In this document: piece by piece, positions 26,676 through 34,703 of the stretch
How the letters are laid out: the number at the start of each line of letters is the position of its first letter
Numbering within the stretch: position 1 is the first letter of the stretch
Assembly (NCBI GenBank): GCA_947628575.1
Contig: CANRAK010000002.1
Coordinates: 1 to 34,703 of the forward strand
Direction of reading: 5' to 3'
DNA: 34,703 bases
Origin: an uncultured Clostridia bacterium
GTDB lineage: Bacteria; Bacillota; Clostridia; TANB77; CAG-465
Program-made: the position numbers and the translations under genes
Notes under the pieces: generated by a model
Told to the model about the DNA's origin: nothing
What the model saw: only the letters and a program-made list of their open reading frames with translations
Databases searched by the model: none

Positions 26676-27758
26676 ATGAAAAGAATTGCAATAATGACTG
26701 CTGGTGGAGATTGTGCAGGTTTAAACAGTGCTATTAAATCTATAGTTATGACTGCTAGCAAACAAAATGTAGAAGTTATAGGAGTTATGGATGGATTTAT
26801 TGGATTTATTGAAGGAAAGTATATACCACTAAATGAAAATATAGTAAGAAGCATTGAAACAAAAGGTGGTACAATGCTAGGCTCATCTAACAAAGAGTGT
26901 CCTTTCCATTATTATAATAAGAAAACTGGAGAGTTTGAAGACAGAGTAGATGAAGGAATTAAAAAACTAAAAAAACAAGGTGTAGAAGGGTTTATAATAA
27001 TAGGAGGAGATGGAACTTTAGACTCAGCAAGAGTAATAAGTGAGCATGGTTTCCCAACAGTAGGTATTCCTAAGACAATAGATAATGATATGGAAGCATC
27101 AGAGCCAACAATAGGATTCCAAACTGCAATTGATGCAGCAGTAGATGCAATAAGAAAATTAATAACAACTGCATATTCTCATAGAAGAGTTATGGTAGTA
27201 GAGCTTATGGGAAGAACATCTGGATACTTAACTTTATATGCTGGTTTTGCATCAGGTGCAGATATAATACTTTTACCAGAGCAAGATTATAGTTTAAAAG
27301 TAGTATGTGATAGAGTTAAAAAAATAATGGAATCTGGAAAAAGATATGTAATAATTGCTATATCAGAAGCTGCTAAAGAAAAAGGTGGCGAAGAAACAAT
27401 TGCACAACTTGTTAAAGATAGTTTTGAGCAAAAAAGATATGGTGGTGTATCACAAAAACTTGCTAATGAGATTGAGCAATTAACAGGATATGAAACAAGA
27501 GCAACAATTCTTGGACATATACAAAGAGGAGGAGAGCCTACAACATCAGATATAATACTTGGTGCAAGACTTGGAAGTGCTGCATGTCAAATGCTACTAC
27601 ATGGTGAAGTTGGAAAAATAGTTGGAATAATAGGTGGCAAAGTATTAAAAATGCCATTTCCTAAAGAAAGAATACCAAGAATACTAGATATCACTACTAA
27701 TGATTTATGTATTACTGCAAGAGATATGGGAGTATGTTTTGGACAAGAAAATGAGTAG
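26676..27758 (+). CDS. pfkA: 6-phosphofructokinase
   Basis: ATG at 26676 lies 7 nt after an AAGGAGAG RBS; the track start is a TTG at 26670. Motifs: MTAGGDCAGLN, IIGGDGTLDSA, PKTIDNDM, ELMGRTSG, HIQRGG. Confidence 0.9.
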   Translation: MKRIAIMTAGGDCAGLNSAIKSIVMTASKQNVEVIGVMDGFIGFIEGKYIPLNENIVRSIETKGGTMLGSSNKECPFHYYNKKTGEFEDRVDEGIKKLKKQGVEGFIIIGGDGTLDSARVISEHGFPTVGIPKTIDNDMEASEPTIGFQTAIDAAVDAIRKLITTAYSHRRVMVVELMGRTSGYLTLYAGFASGADIILLPEQDYSLKVVCDRVKKIMESGKRYVIIAISEAAKEKGGEETIAQLVKDSFEQKRYGGVSQKLANEIEQLTGYETRATILGHIQRGGEPTTSDIILGARLGSAACQMLLHGEVGKIVGIIGGKVLKMPFPKERIPRILDITTNDLCITARDMGVCFGQENE

Positions 27759-27778
27759 TATAAAAAATATAAAAAAAT

Positions 27779-27792
27779 AGAACTTTTGTTTG
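27779..27792. promoter_or_regulatory. LexA operator (Cheo/DinR-type box) AGAACTTTTGTTTG
   Basis: GAAC-N4-GTTT compared with the Firmicute consensus CGAAC-N4-GTTCG. It overlaps the -35 hexamer of the lexA promoter. Confidence 0.7.
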
Positions 27793-27818
27793 ACACGTAC
27801 TTTTTTATATGATATAAT
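27790..27818 (+). promoter_or_regulatory. Consensus sigma-A promoter of lexA
   Basis: TTGACA (27790-27795), 17 nt, then TGaTATAAT (27810-27818). Confidence 0.75.
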
Positions 27819-27849
27819 TTAACAAACATTAGTTTGAAGGAGGAAGAAT

Positions 27850-28461
27850 ATGAATAATACTACTTTAAATCCACAAGAAAAAAGAGTACTTGATTATATA
27901 AAAGAACAAATAAGGGATACTGGTTATCCACCATCTGTAAGAGAAATATGTGCTGCATTAGGCTTTAAATCTACATCATCAGCACACCAATATATTTGGC
28001 GTTTAGCTGAAAAAGGGTATATAGATAAAGGAGATTTAAAAACAAGAGCAATAAGAGTTGTTGGAAATGAATCAACTATCTCAGTGCCTGTTGTTGGTAA
28101 AGTTGCAGCAGGTGAACCAATACTTGCAGTTGAAAACATTGAAGATTATATGACTATTGGTGAAAGCTTCTTTAGTAAAGATGCACTAAAAAATGACAAC
28201 TTTATTCTAAAAGTACAAGGCGAGAGTATGATAAATGCTGGAATAAATAATGGAGATTATATTGTAGTTTCAAAACAAGAAACTGCTAGAAATGGACAAA
28301 TTGTTGTAGCATTAATAGATAATGAAGCAACAGTAAAGACATGTTATAAAGAAGACGGTCATATAAGACTACAACCTGAAAATGATACTATGGAGCCTAT
28401 TATAGTAAAAGATGTACAAATACTAGGAAAAGTAATAGGACTATTTAGAAAGATACAATAA
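27850..28461 (+). CDS. lexA: LexA repressor
   Basis: Winged-HTH N-terminus (GYPPSVREICAALGFKSTSSAHQYIWRLAEKGYI), Ala-Gly cleavage site (VAAGEP), and catalytic Ser (GESM) and Lys (EATVKT). Confidence 0.95.
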   Translation: MNNTTLNPQEKRVLDYIKEQIRDTGYPPSVREICAALGFKSTSSAHQYIWRLAEKGYIDKGDLKTRAIRVVGNESTISVPVVGKVAAGEPILAVENIEDYMTIGESFFSKDALKNDNFILKVQGESMINAGINNGDYIVVSKQETARNGQIVVALIDNEATVKTCYKEDGHIRLQPENDTMEPIIVKDVQILGKVIGLFRKIQ

Positions 28462-28485
28462 GAGGTATTAATTACCTCTTTTTTC
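28461..28485 (+). terminator. Intrinsic terminator after lexA
   Basis: AGAGGTA-TTAAT-TACCTCT followed by TTTTTC. Confidence 0.85.
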
Positions 28486-28530
28486 ACGTATTGTAGTAAT
28501 ATTCATAAACTATAATACGGAGGTGAAAAT

Positions 28531-29109
28531 ATGCTACAAAATTTAAATATTGGACTTGGAATAACAGGTTCTTTTTGTAATTTTCCTAGAATTAAAGGAT
28601 TAATTGATTCTTTAAAAAAAGAAAAAGTAAATAAAATTATCCCTATTGTATCACTAGTTACAAATACCTATGATACTAGATTTTTTGTAAAAGACAACTT
28701 CTTAGAAATGCTTGAAAGAGAAACAGGTCAAAAAATAATAGATAATATAGTTGATGCTGAACCGATAGGGCCGAAAAATATGATAGATATAATGGTTATA
28801 GTACCATGTACAGGTAATAGTATAGCAAAGCTTGCAAATGGGATAAGTGACACAGCTGTACTACTTGCAACAAAAGGTCATATACGAAATAATAAGCCTG
28901 TTGTAATAGGTGTATCTACAAATGATGGACTTGGTGCAAATTTTAAAAATATTGGTATGCTATATGATACTAAAAATTTTTACTTTGTTCCATTTAGACA
29001 GGATGATTTTAATAAGAAACCAAAATCATTAGTTTTAGATTATTCAAAAGTAATTGACACAATTAAACTAGCACTAATGGGAGAGCAGATACAGCCACTT
29101 TTAGTTTGA
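28531..29109 (+). CDS. dpaB: Dipicolinate synthase subunit B (SpoVFB/DpaB, flavoprotein family)
   Basis: Close by-eye colinearity with B. subtilis SpoVFB as I recall it (GLGITGSFCN, AEPIGPK, VPCTGNSIAKLANGISDT, IRNNKPVVIGVSTNDGLG, FVPFRQDD, QIQPLL). Confidence 0.85.
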   Translation: MLQNLNIGLGITGSFCNFPRIKGLIDSLKKEKVNKIIPIVSLVTNTYDTRFFVKDNFLEMLERETGQKIIDNIVDAEPIGPKNMIDIMVIVPCTGNSIAKLANGISDTAVLLATKGHIRNNKPVVIGVSTNDGLGANFKNIGMLYDTKNFYFVPFRQDDFNKKPKSLVLDYSKVIDTIKLALMGEQIQPLLV

Positions 29110-29149
29110 CAAATTTAGTAAACTCATATATACTTTTAGTGGTGATATA

Positions 29150-29767
29150 ATGAATAAAGAATTCTCAAATATTATAATTTTTAACAATCAGGATATACAT
29201 TTTATTATAGAAAAGCTAGAGAAAATGATTACTGACTTAGATTATACTGTAAGTAGTGATGAGGGTTCAGATATAATGGTAGAAATAATACAAGATAATA
29301 TAAATAATATATGCGTAATTTCATCAGATTACTTTAGTTTTAAAAACATAAATGAAAATAAAAGTATAATTAGAAAAATAGCAAAAAGAGTTGCTCAAGA
29401 TACCTTTATGATTACTTCTAAAGAAAATATAGCAGTACTTGAAAAGTATAGCTTTAACAAGAGAATTTATGACTATATTTCACTAGGAGATAAAGAAGAA
29501 TTAGCAAAACTTGGATATAATGAGTCTTATGCTAAATGTATGTCACCACAAATTTGGACTAATCATTTTGTTGGAAGAAACACAATAAATGATTTAAATA
29601 AAATTTTAGAAGAAGAAAGTACATATTTTAACAATTTCGAGATACTAGTAGATATATTAAAACTATATGGCATAAAGTATGAGCTTGCGACATATAGTTA
29701 TGGTAGTAATATAAAAAATCTTGACGTTATTAGTAAGGTACTATATTTTAGCAAAAAAAATCCTTGA
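29150..29767 (+). CDS. Hypothetical soluble protein (205 aa), no recognisable family
   Basis: GGTGA RBS. It starts 40 nt after dpaB with no hairpin between the two, and a terminator follows. No TM segment and no nucleotide-binding motif seen. Confidence 0.55.
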   Translation: MNKEFSNIIIFNNQDIHFIIEKLEKMITDLDYTVSSDEGSDIMVEIIQDNINNICVISSDYFSFKNINENKSIIRKIAKRVAQDTFMITSKENIAVLEKYSFNKRIYDYISLGDKEELAKLGYNESYAKCMSPQIWTNHFVGRNTINDLNKILEEESTYFNNFEILVDILKLYGIKYELATYSYGSNIKNLDVISKVLYFSKKNP

Positions 29768-29799
29768 ATATAATATTTCAAGGATTAAATTTATTTTTT
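29759..29799 (+). terminator. Intrinsic terminator after orf205
   Basis: AATCCTTGAA (29759-29768) pairs with TTCAAGGATT (29777-29786), followed by AAATTTATTTTTT. The TGA stop lies in the stem. Confidence 0.65.
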
Positions 29800-29823
29800 A
29801 GCTATAAAATAGTAAATTACTTC

Positions 29824-29852
29824 TTCCTTTTATGTTAAATATATGGTATAAT
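29824..29852 (+). promoter_or_regulatory. Extended -10 promoter for rimO-rho-udk-like-mgtC
   Basis: TGgTATAAT (29844-29852). The -35 (TTCCTT) is poor. Confidence 0.45.
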
Positions 29853-29884
29853 TACATCTGTACTAAATAAGGAGGACAAATAAT

Positions 29885-31219
29885 ATGAATATTGGACTTG
29901 TTACTCTAGGCTGTACAAAAAATCAAGTAGATAGTGAAATGATACTTGGTGTATTTAAATCACAGGGTTTTAATATAGTAAATCAAGTAGAAGAAGCAGA
30001 TATAATAGTTGTAAATACTTGCGGATTTATTCAATCTGCAAAAGAAGAAGCAATAGAAACAATACTTGAAATGGCAGATTATAAAGAGTTTGGAAGATGT
30101 AAAGCATTAATTGTAACAGGCTGTTTAGCAAAAAGATATAAAGCTCAGATACTTGAGTCTATGCCAGAAGTAGATTTATGTGTCGGAGTAGATGAATATG
30201 ATAAATTACCACAAATTTTATCAGAATTTTTTAATCAGAGAAAAATATTAGATCATTGTAAATTCACTCATAATTTAGATTTTAATAATAGAATTATTTC
30301 TTCAACTTATCCATTAGCATACATAAGAATATCTGACGGTTGTGATAATAGATGTAGCTATTGTGCAATACCACTAATAAGAGGTGGCTTTAAGAGTAGA
30401 AAAATGGAAGATATTTTAGAAGAAGTAGAAAAATTAGCAAAAGCAGGTATACAAGAATTTTGTATTATTTCACAAGATACATCTAAATATGGTTTAGATA
30501 TATATGGTGAGTTAAAACTTGCAGAATTGCTAAAGAAAATGAGTAAAATTGACGGTGTAAAATGGATAAGAATATTATATATGTATCTATTTGAAACTAC
30601 AGATGAACTAATAGAAGAAATTGCTAAAAATGATAAAGTTTGTAAGTATTTTGATATACCAATACAGCATCTAAATGATAAATTACTTAAAGATATGAAC
30701 AGACATGATAATAAAAAACTAATATTTGAAAGAATAGAAAAAATTAGAAAAATGGTACCTGATGCAATATTAAGAACTACTTGTATAGTAGGTTTTCCAG
30801 GTGAGACACAAGAGCAGTTTGATGAACTTATAGATGGTATAAAACAATTGCAGTTTGATAGACTAGGTGCATTTACATATTCACAAGAGGAAGATACAAA
30901 AAGTGCAGAGTTTAATAACCAAATAGATGAAGATGTAAAAGAAGAACGACTAAAGAGGCTATTTGATGTTCAAAAAGAAATATCTTTTAGAAAAAATAAG
31001 GAAAGAATTGGAAAAGAATACGAAGTAATAGTTGAAGATATTTCAGAAGATGAAGAGTATTTTTCTTGTAGGTCTATGCTTGAGGCACCAGATGTTGATG
31101 GGAGAATATATATAAAAATAGATGATGAAAGTGCAAATAAAGTAATAGTTGGTGAATATGCAAAAGTAAAGATTATTGACTGTGATAATTATGATTTATA
31201 TGCTAAAATAGTAGAATAG
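29885..31219 (+). CDS. rimO: Ribosomal protein S12 methylthiotransferase RimO
   Basis: MTTase N-terminal cysteines (LGCTKNQVDSE, NTCGF, GCL), radical SAM CDNRCSYC, and a C-terminal TRAM domain. Confidence 0.87.
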   Translation: MNIGLVTLGCTKNQVDSEMILGVFKSQGFNIVNQVEEADIIVVNTCGFIQSAKEEAIETILEMADYKEFGRCKALIVTGCLAKRYKAQILESMPEVDLCVGVDEYDKLPQILSEFFNQRKILDHCKFTHNLDFNNRIISSTYPLAYIRISDGCDNRCSYCAIPLIRGGFKSRKMEDILEEVEKLAKAGIQEFCIISQDTSKYGLDIYGELKLAELLKKMSKIDGVKWIRILYMYLFETTDELIEEIAKNDKVCKYFDIPIQHLNDKLLKDMNRHDNKKLIFERIEKIRKMVPDAILRTTCIVGFPGETQEQFDELIDGIKQLQFDRLGAFTYSQEEDTKSAEFNNQIDEDVKEERLKRLFDVQKEISFRKNKERIGKEYEVIVEDISEDEEYFSCRSMLEAPDVDGRIYIKIDDESANKVIVGEYAKVKIIDCDNYDLYAKIVE

Positions 31220-31228
31220 GAGGAATAT

Positions 31229-32536
31229 ATGTACACAAAAGAAACATTAAAAAAAGCTACTTTAACTGAACTTAGACAAATAGCAGAAAATTTAAAATTA
31301 GACGGATATCAAAGATTAAAGAAAGAATATTTAGTAGAAGAAATTATAAAAAACTTAGAAGATAATAATGAAATAGAAGATAAAGTAAATATACAAATAG
31401 AAAATCCAGAAACAGATTATATAACTGAGGGAATACTTGAAGTAATGCCAGATGGATATGGCTTTTTACGTAGTGATAATTATTTACCAGGAGATAAAGA
31501 TGTTTATGTATCACAAGTACAAATAAGAAGATTTAGACTTGCTACAGGTGATATGCTAAAAGGTATTGCAAGATTTACAACAGACCCACAAAACAAGTTT
31601 CCATCATTAATATACGTTGATGCAATAAATAATGATAGAGTTGATGTTTCACTTAAAAGGAGAGCTTTTGATAGCTTAATACCAATATATCCAAATGAAA
31701 GATTAAAGCTAGAAAATGATTCAAAAGAATATTCAACAAGAATAATAGATTTACTTGCACCAATTGGAAAAGGACAACGTGGACTTATTGTTGCTCAACC
31801 TAAAGCTGGTAAAACAACACTTTTAAAGCAGATTGCAAATGGAATATTAAAGAATAATCCTGAAGTAAAACTTATGGTTTTACTTATAGATGAAAGACCA
31901 GAGGAAGTTACAGATATTGAACGTTCAATAGATGCTGAAGTAATACATTCTACTTTTGATGAGTCACCAGAGCATCATATTAAAGTATCTAAAATGGTAC
32001 TTGAAAGAGCTAAAAGATTAGTTGAGCATAACGAAGATGTAGTAATACTTCTTGATAGCTTAACAAGACTTACTAGAGCTAGTAATCTAGAAGTAGACCC
32101 TAGTGGTAAAACATTATCTGGTGGTCTTGACCCTGCATCATTACATTTTCCTAAAAAATTCTTTGGTGCAGCAAGAAATATAGAAAACGGTGGTAGTCTA
32201 ACTATTCTTGCTACTACTCTTGTAGAAACAGGAAGTAGAATGGATGATATGATATTTGAAGAGTTTAAGGGTACTGGAAATATGGAAGTATTCTTAGATA
32301 GAAAATTATCTGAAAGAAGAATTTACCCTGCTATAGATATTAATAAATCTAGTACAAGAAGAGAAGATTTATTATATGATAAAAAAGAACAAGAGTGTGC
32401 TCTATATATTAGAAGATTACTTTCTCAATCTAATTCAAATGTAGATATGGTTGAAAAGATAATGAATATACTTGTTAAAACAAAAGATAATGCAGAGTTT
32501 ATAAAAGTATTTTTAGAACATATTAAGAAAAAATAA
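31229..32536 (+). CDS. rho: Transcription termination factor Rho
   Basis: Rho_N (LTELRQIAENLKL), cold-shock-like RNA-binding domain (GILEVMPDGYGFLR), Walker A QPKAGKTT, and Q/R-loop regions. Confidence 0.95.
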   Translation: MYTKETLKKATLTELRQIAENLKLDGYQRLKKEYLVEEIIKNLEDNNEIEDKVNIQIENPETDYITEGILEVMPDGYGFLRSDNYLPGDKDVYVSQVQIRRFRLATGDMLKGIARFTTDPQNKFPSLIYVDAINNDRVDVSLKRRAFDSLIPIYPNERLKLENDSKEYSTRIIDLLAPIGKGQRGLIVAQPKAGKTTLLKQIANGILKNNPEVKLMVLLIDERPEEVTDIERSIDAEVIHSTFDESPEHHIKVSKMVLERAKRLVEHNEDVVILLDSLTRLTRASNLEVDPSGKTLSGGLDPASLHFPKKFFGAARNIENGGSLTILATTLVETGSRMDDMIFEEFKGTGNMEVFLDRKLSERRIYPAIDINKSSTRREDLLYDKKEQECALYIRRLLSQSNSNVDMVEKIMNILVKTKDNAEFIKVFLEHIKKK

Positions 32537-32549
32537 TAGAATAAAGTAA

Positions 32550-34208
32550 GTGAGGTTGGTTAATTTGAATAAGAAAATAATAGTAAACTTTGATGATGGT
32601 AGAAAAATAAGTGTGCCTTATGGTACAACAGCTATTGATGCTGTAAAGATGGTAGAAGATAATGTAGATGATATATTAGCTTTAACTGTAAATAACGAAG
32701 TTAAGTTTCAAAAGTATGAGCTTGTTAGAGATTCAGATATTGGCTTTGTAAAAATCGATTCTGAAGACGGATATAGAGTCTATTCTAAAAGCTTAAAAAT
32801 GATACTATATATGGCTATAACAAAACTATTTGGAAATCAAAAAGTAGACTTTCAAGCAACAATTAATAGAAATCAATATTTCATTATGCCTAATTTTGAT
32901 TTAGATGCGGAAAAAATAAAGCAGATTAAAGATAAAATGCAAGAAATTATTGATAGCAATTTAGTAATAGAGAAGAAAACATTAAGTGTTGATGAGGCTA
33001 TGCTATATTATAAAGAATCTGGCGATATAGATAAAATACAGAATATGGCAAATAGGCTAAAATCATATACTAATATCTATTTTTGTGATGGACTATATAA
33101 TAACTTCTATGGTGTTTTAGTACCATCAACAGGATATTTAAAGGTTTTTGATTTAAGACCATTTAGAGATGGTGCTATTCTAGTTACAGCTGGAAAAGAT
33201 GGTAAAATTAGCCCAATAAGAGATTCTAGACTAATTGATGCAGTTGAGGAATTTTATAAGTTTAAAAGAATACTTGGTATATCTAATATTGGAGCATTAA
33301 ATGATAGAATATTAAAAAATAATATGATAGATACAATTCAAGTATCTGAGGCTATACATCAAAGAAAAATAGTAGAAATAGTTCAGGATATAGAAAAAAG
33401 AAGAGAAATTAAGTTAATCTTAATTGCTGGTCCTTCATCATCTGGAAAGACAACTTTTGCACAGCAACTTGGTGTACAACTTAGACTTACTGGATATAAT
33501 CCAATAACTATATCTATGGATAATTATTTTAAAGAAAGAAAAGATACACCAAAAGGACCAGATGGAAAATATGATTTTGAAACAATAGATGCTTTAGATA
33601 TTGAGCTTTTCAATAAGCAAATGGAAGATTTAATTGCAGGTAAAACAGTAGAACTTCCAGAGTTTGATTTTGTAATAGGTACTAAAAACTATAATGGAAA
33701 ATTCTTAACTATGAAGCAAAAAGATATACTAGTAGTTGAAGGAATACATGCATTAAATCCTAAACTTACTGAGTTTACTTCTTCTAAGAATAAATATAAG
33801 ATATATATAGCACCAGTTACTACGCTAAACCTAGATGGATATTCAAAAGTATCTTCTTCTGATACTAGGTTCCTAAGAAGAATGGTAAGAGATTTTGCTA
33901 CACGTGGTCATTCTATAGAAAGAACTTTTGAACTTTGGGATAATGTAAAAAAAGGTGAGGAAAAATATATATTCCCATTTATAGAAAATGTAGATACAAT
34001 ATTTAACTCAAGTATAATATATGAACCAGCAGTAATGAAGACATTTGCACAACCATTGTTATTACAACTAGATAAATCTAGTAAGTATTATGCTGAGGCA
34101 AGAAGACTATATGAGTATTTAAATAACTTTTTACCAATGGAGACATCTAATATTCCTGTTGACTCACTAATTAGAGAATTTATTGGAAATGGATGCTTTA
34201 ATAGATAA
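32550..34208 (+). CDS. Uridine kinase/PRK-family nucleoside kinase with an N-terminal TGS/ThrRS-like extension
   Basis: N-terminal ubiquitin-like TGS pattern (IIVNFDDGRKISVPYGTTAIDA) and P-loop GPSSSGKTT in the C-terminal kinase half. The start is uncertain: GTG at 32550 or TTG at 32565, 8 nt after TGAGGT. Confidence 0.78.
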   Translation: MRLVNLNKKIIVNFDDGRKISVPYGTTAIDAVKMVEDNVDDILALTVNNEVKFQKYELVRDSDIGFVKIDSEDGYRVYSKSLKMILYMAITKLFGNQKVDFQATINRNQYFIMPNFDLDAEKIKQIKDKMQEIIDSNLVIEKKTLSVDEAMLYYKESGDIDKIQNMANRLKSYTNIYFCDGLYNNFYGVLVPSTGYLKVFDLRPFRDGAILVTAGKDGKISPIRDSRLIDAVEEFYKFKRILGISNIGALNDRILKNNMIDTIQVSEAIHQRKIVEIVQDIEKRREIKLILIAGPSSSGKTTFAQQLGVQLRLTGYNPITISMDNYFKERKDTPKGPDGKYDFETIDALDIELFNKQMEDLIAGKTVELPEFDFVIGTKNYNGKFLTMKQKDILVVEGIHALNPKLTEFTSSKNKYKIYIAPVTTLNLDGYSKVSSSDTRFLRRMVRDFATRGHSIERTFELWDNVKKGEEKYIFPFIENVDTIFNSSIIYEPAVMKTFAQPLLLQLDKSSKYYAEARRLYEYLNNFLPMETSNIPVDSLIREFIGNGCFNR

Positions 34209-34227
34209 ATATGATGGAGGATGATAT

Positions 34228-34703
34228 ATGGCAACAATAATGAATATTATAAATACCGAAGAATTTCAATTATTTTTTAAATTAATTTTAATCTCTTTAT
34301 TATCTGGAGTAATTGGATTTGAAAGAGAACATCTAAGTAAACCTGCAGGATTTAGAACTCATGTACTTGTTGGAATAAGCTCAGTATTAGTTATGGTATG
34401 TGGAATTAAAATTTCAGATGCTTATGGTAATAATAACCCACTAAGAATGCCAGCACAACTTTTATCTGGTATAGGATTTATAGGGGCAGGTACTATATTA
34501 AGTAATGGATTTAAAGTAAAAGGATTAACTACAGCATCTGGGCTATTAGCTATTACTTGTATAGGACTACTTATTGGTTCAGGAATGTATGCTTATGGAA
34601 TTATATCTACACTAGTAGTATATATAATTTTAAGATATCCATATAATTCTGGAAAGAAAAATAGTAGCGATAAAGATTTTAGATTTAAAATTACTACAAA
34701 GTC
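34228..34703 (+). CDS. mgtC: MgtC/SapB-family membrane protein (3' end truncated by the window edge)
   Basis: Not in the ORF track because no stop is reached. ATG at 34228 lies 7 nt after a GGAGG RBS. My own translation shows GFEREHLSKPAGFRTH, AQLLSGIGFIGAGTI and GLTTASGLL. Confidence 0.8.
   Translation, partial: MATIMNIINTEEFQLFFKLILISLLSGVIGFEREHLSKPAGFRTHVLVGISSVLVMVCGIKISDAYGNNNPLRMPAQLLSGIGFIGAGTILSNGFKVKGLTTASGLLAITCIGLLIGSGMYAYGIISTLVVYIILRYPYNSGKKNSSDKDFRFKITTK

Noticed and set aside
25636-28139. Minus-strand ORFs at 25636-25908, 26654-26893, 27587-27829 and 27924-28139.
   Set aside because: They are antisense shadows of rpe::alkD, pfkA and lexA. The ORF at 27587-27829 would run through the lexA promoter and operator.
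31220-31228. rho lacks its own leader and sits only 9 nt after rimO, whereas an autoregulatory leader might be expected.
   Set aside because: Tight operon packing is the norm across this window. There is nothing in the sequence to evaluate beyond the short gap.
1-34703. A window-wide search for a CRISPR array, tRNA/rRNA genes, IS elements, integrases, prophage modules or alternative genetic code (TGA recoding).
   Set aside because: There are no spaced direct-repeat arrays. No non-coding gap exceeds about 205 nt. I saw no transposase or recombinase motifs in any frame. TGA clearly terminates dpaB (29107-29109) and orf205 (29765-29767), so the standard code applies.

Overview
This is a very AT-rich, almost gap-free chromosomal segment from an endospore-forming Firmicute, probably Clostridia-like (yabP-yabQ-divIC and dpaB are present). 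TGA is used as a stop codon, so the genetic code is the standard bacterial one. I call 35 protein-coding genes, 33 of them on the + strand; the last is cut by the window edge. I also call about ten intrinsic terminators, several sigma-A-type promoters and one LexA operator. I saw no rRNA, tRNA, CRISPR array, transposase, integrase or phage module. The largest non-coding gap is about 205 nt. The content is mostly core housekeeping: uvrB; yabP-yabQ-divIC; a two-gene SufC/SufB-like Fe-S module; asnB; pdp; and a long tightly packed operon (ybaK-like, rsmD, coiled-coil ORF, ftsK, def, orf296, fmt, orf63, mazG-like). It continues with rlmN-stp-prkC; rsgA, an rpe::alkD-like fusion and pfkA; lexA; dpaB-orf205; and rimO-rho-udk-like-mgtC. 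I did not find a convincing self-contained novel multi-gene system, and nothing carries defence, toxin or mobile-element signatures. The items most worth a second look are listed here. (1) A single ORF fuses ribulose-phosphate 3-epimerase to an AlkD-family DNA-alkylation-repair domain. (2) A secreted CAP/Big_2 protein carries two dockerin modules. (3) dpaB is orphaned from dpaA and co-transcribed with an unknown 205-aa ORF. (4) The B. subtilis-type priA-def-fmt-rsmB-rlmN-prpC-prkC-rsgA-rpe-thiN cluster is remodelled: an ORF is inserted between def and fmt, and rsmB is replaced by orf63 plus a MazG-like gene. (5) An identical 19-nt terminator hairpin occurs twice and brackets about 7 kb. (6) A promoter-plus-terminator unit could specify a roughly 60-nt sRNA. 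(7) An identical 17-nt promoter-spacer element is shared by separate operons. All functional calls rest on motif recognition by eye; no database search was run.
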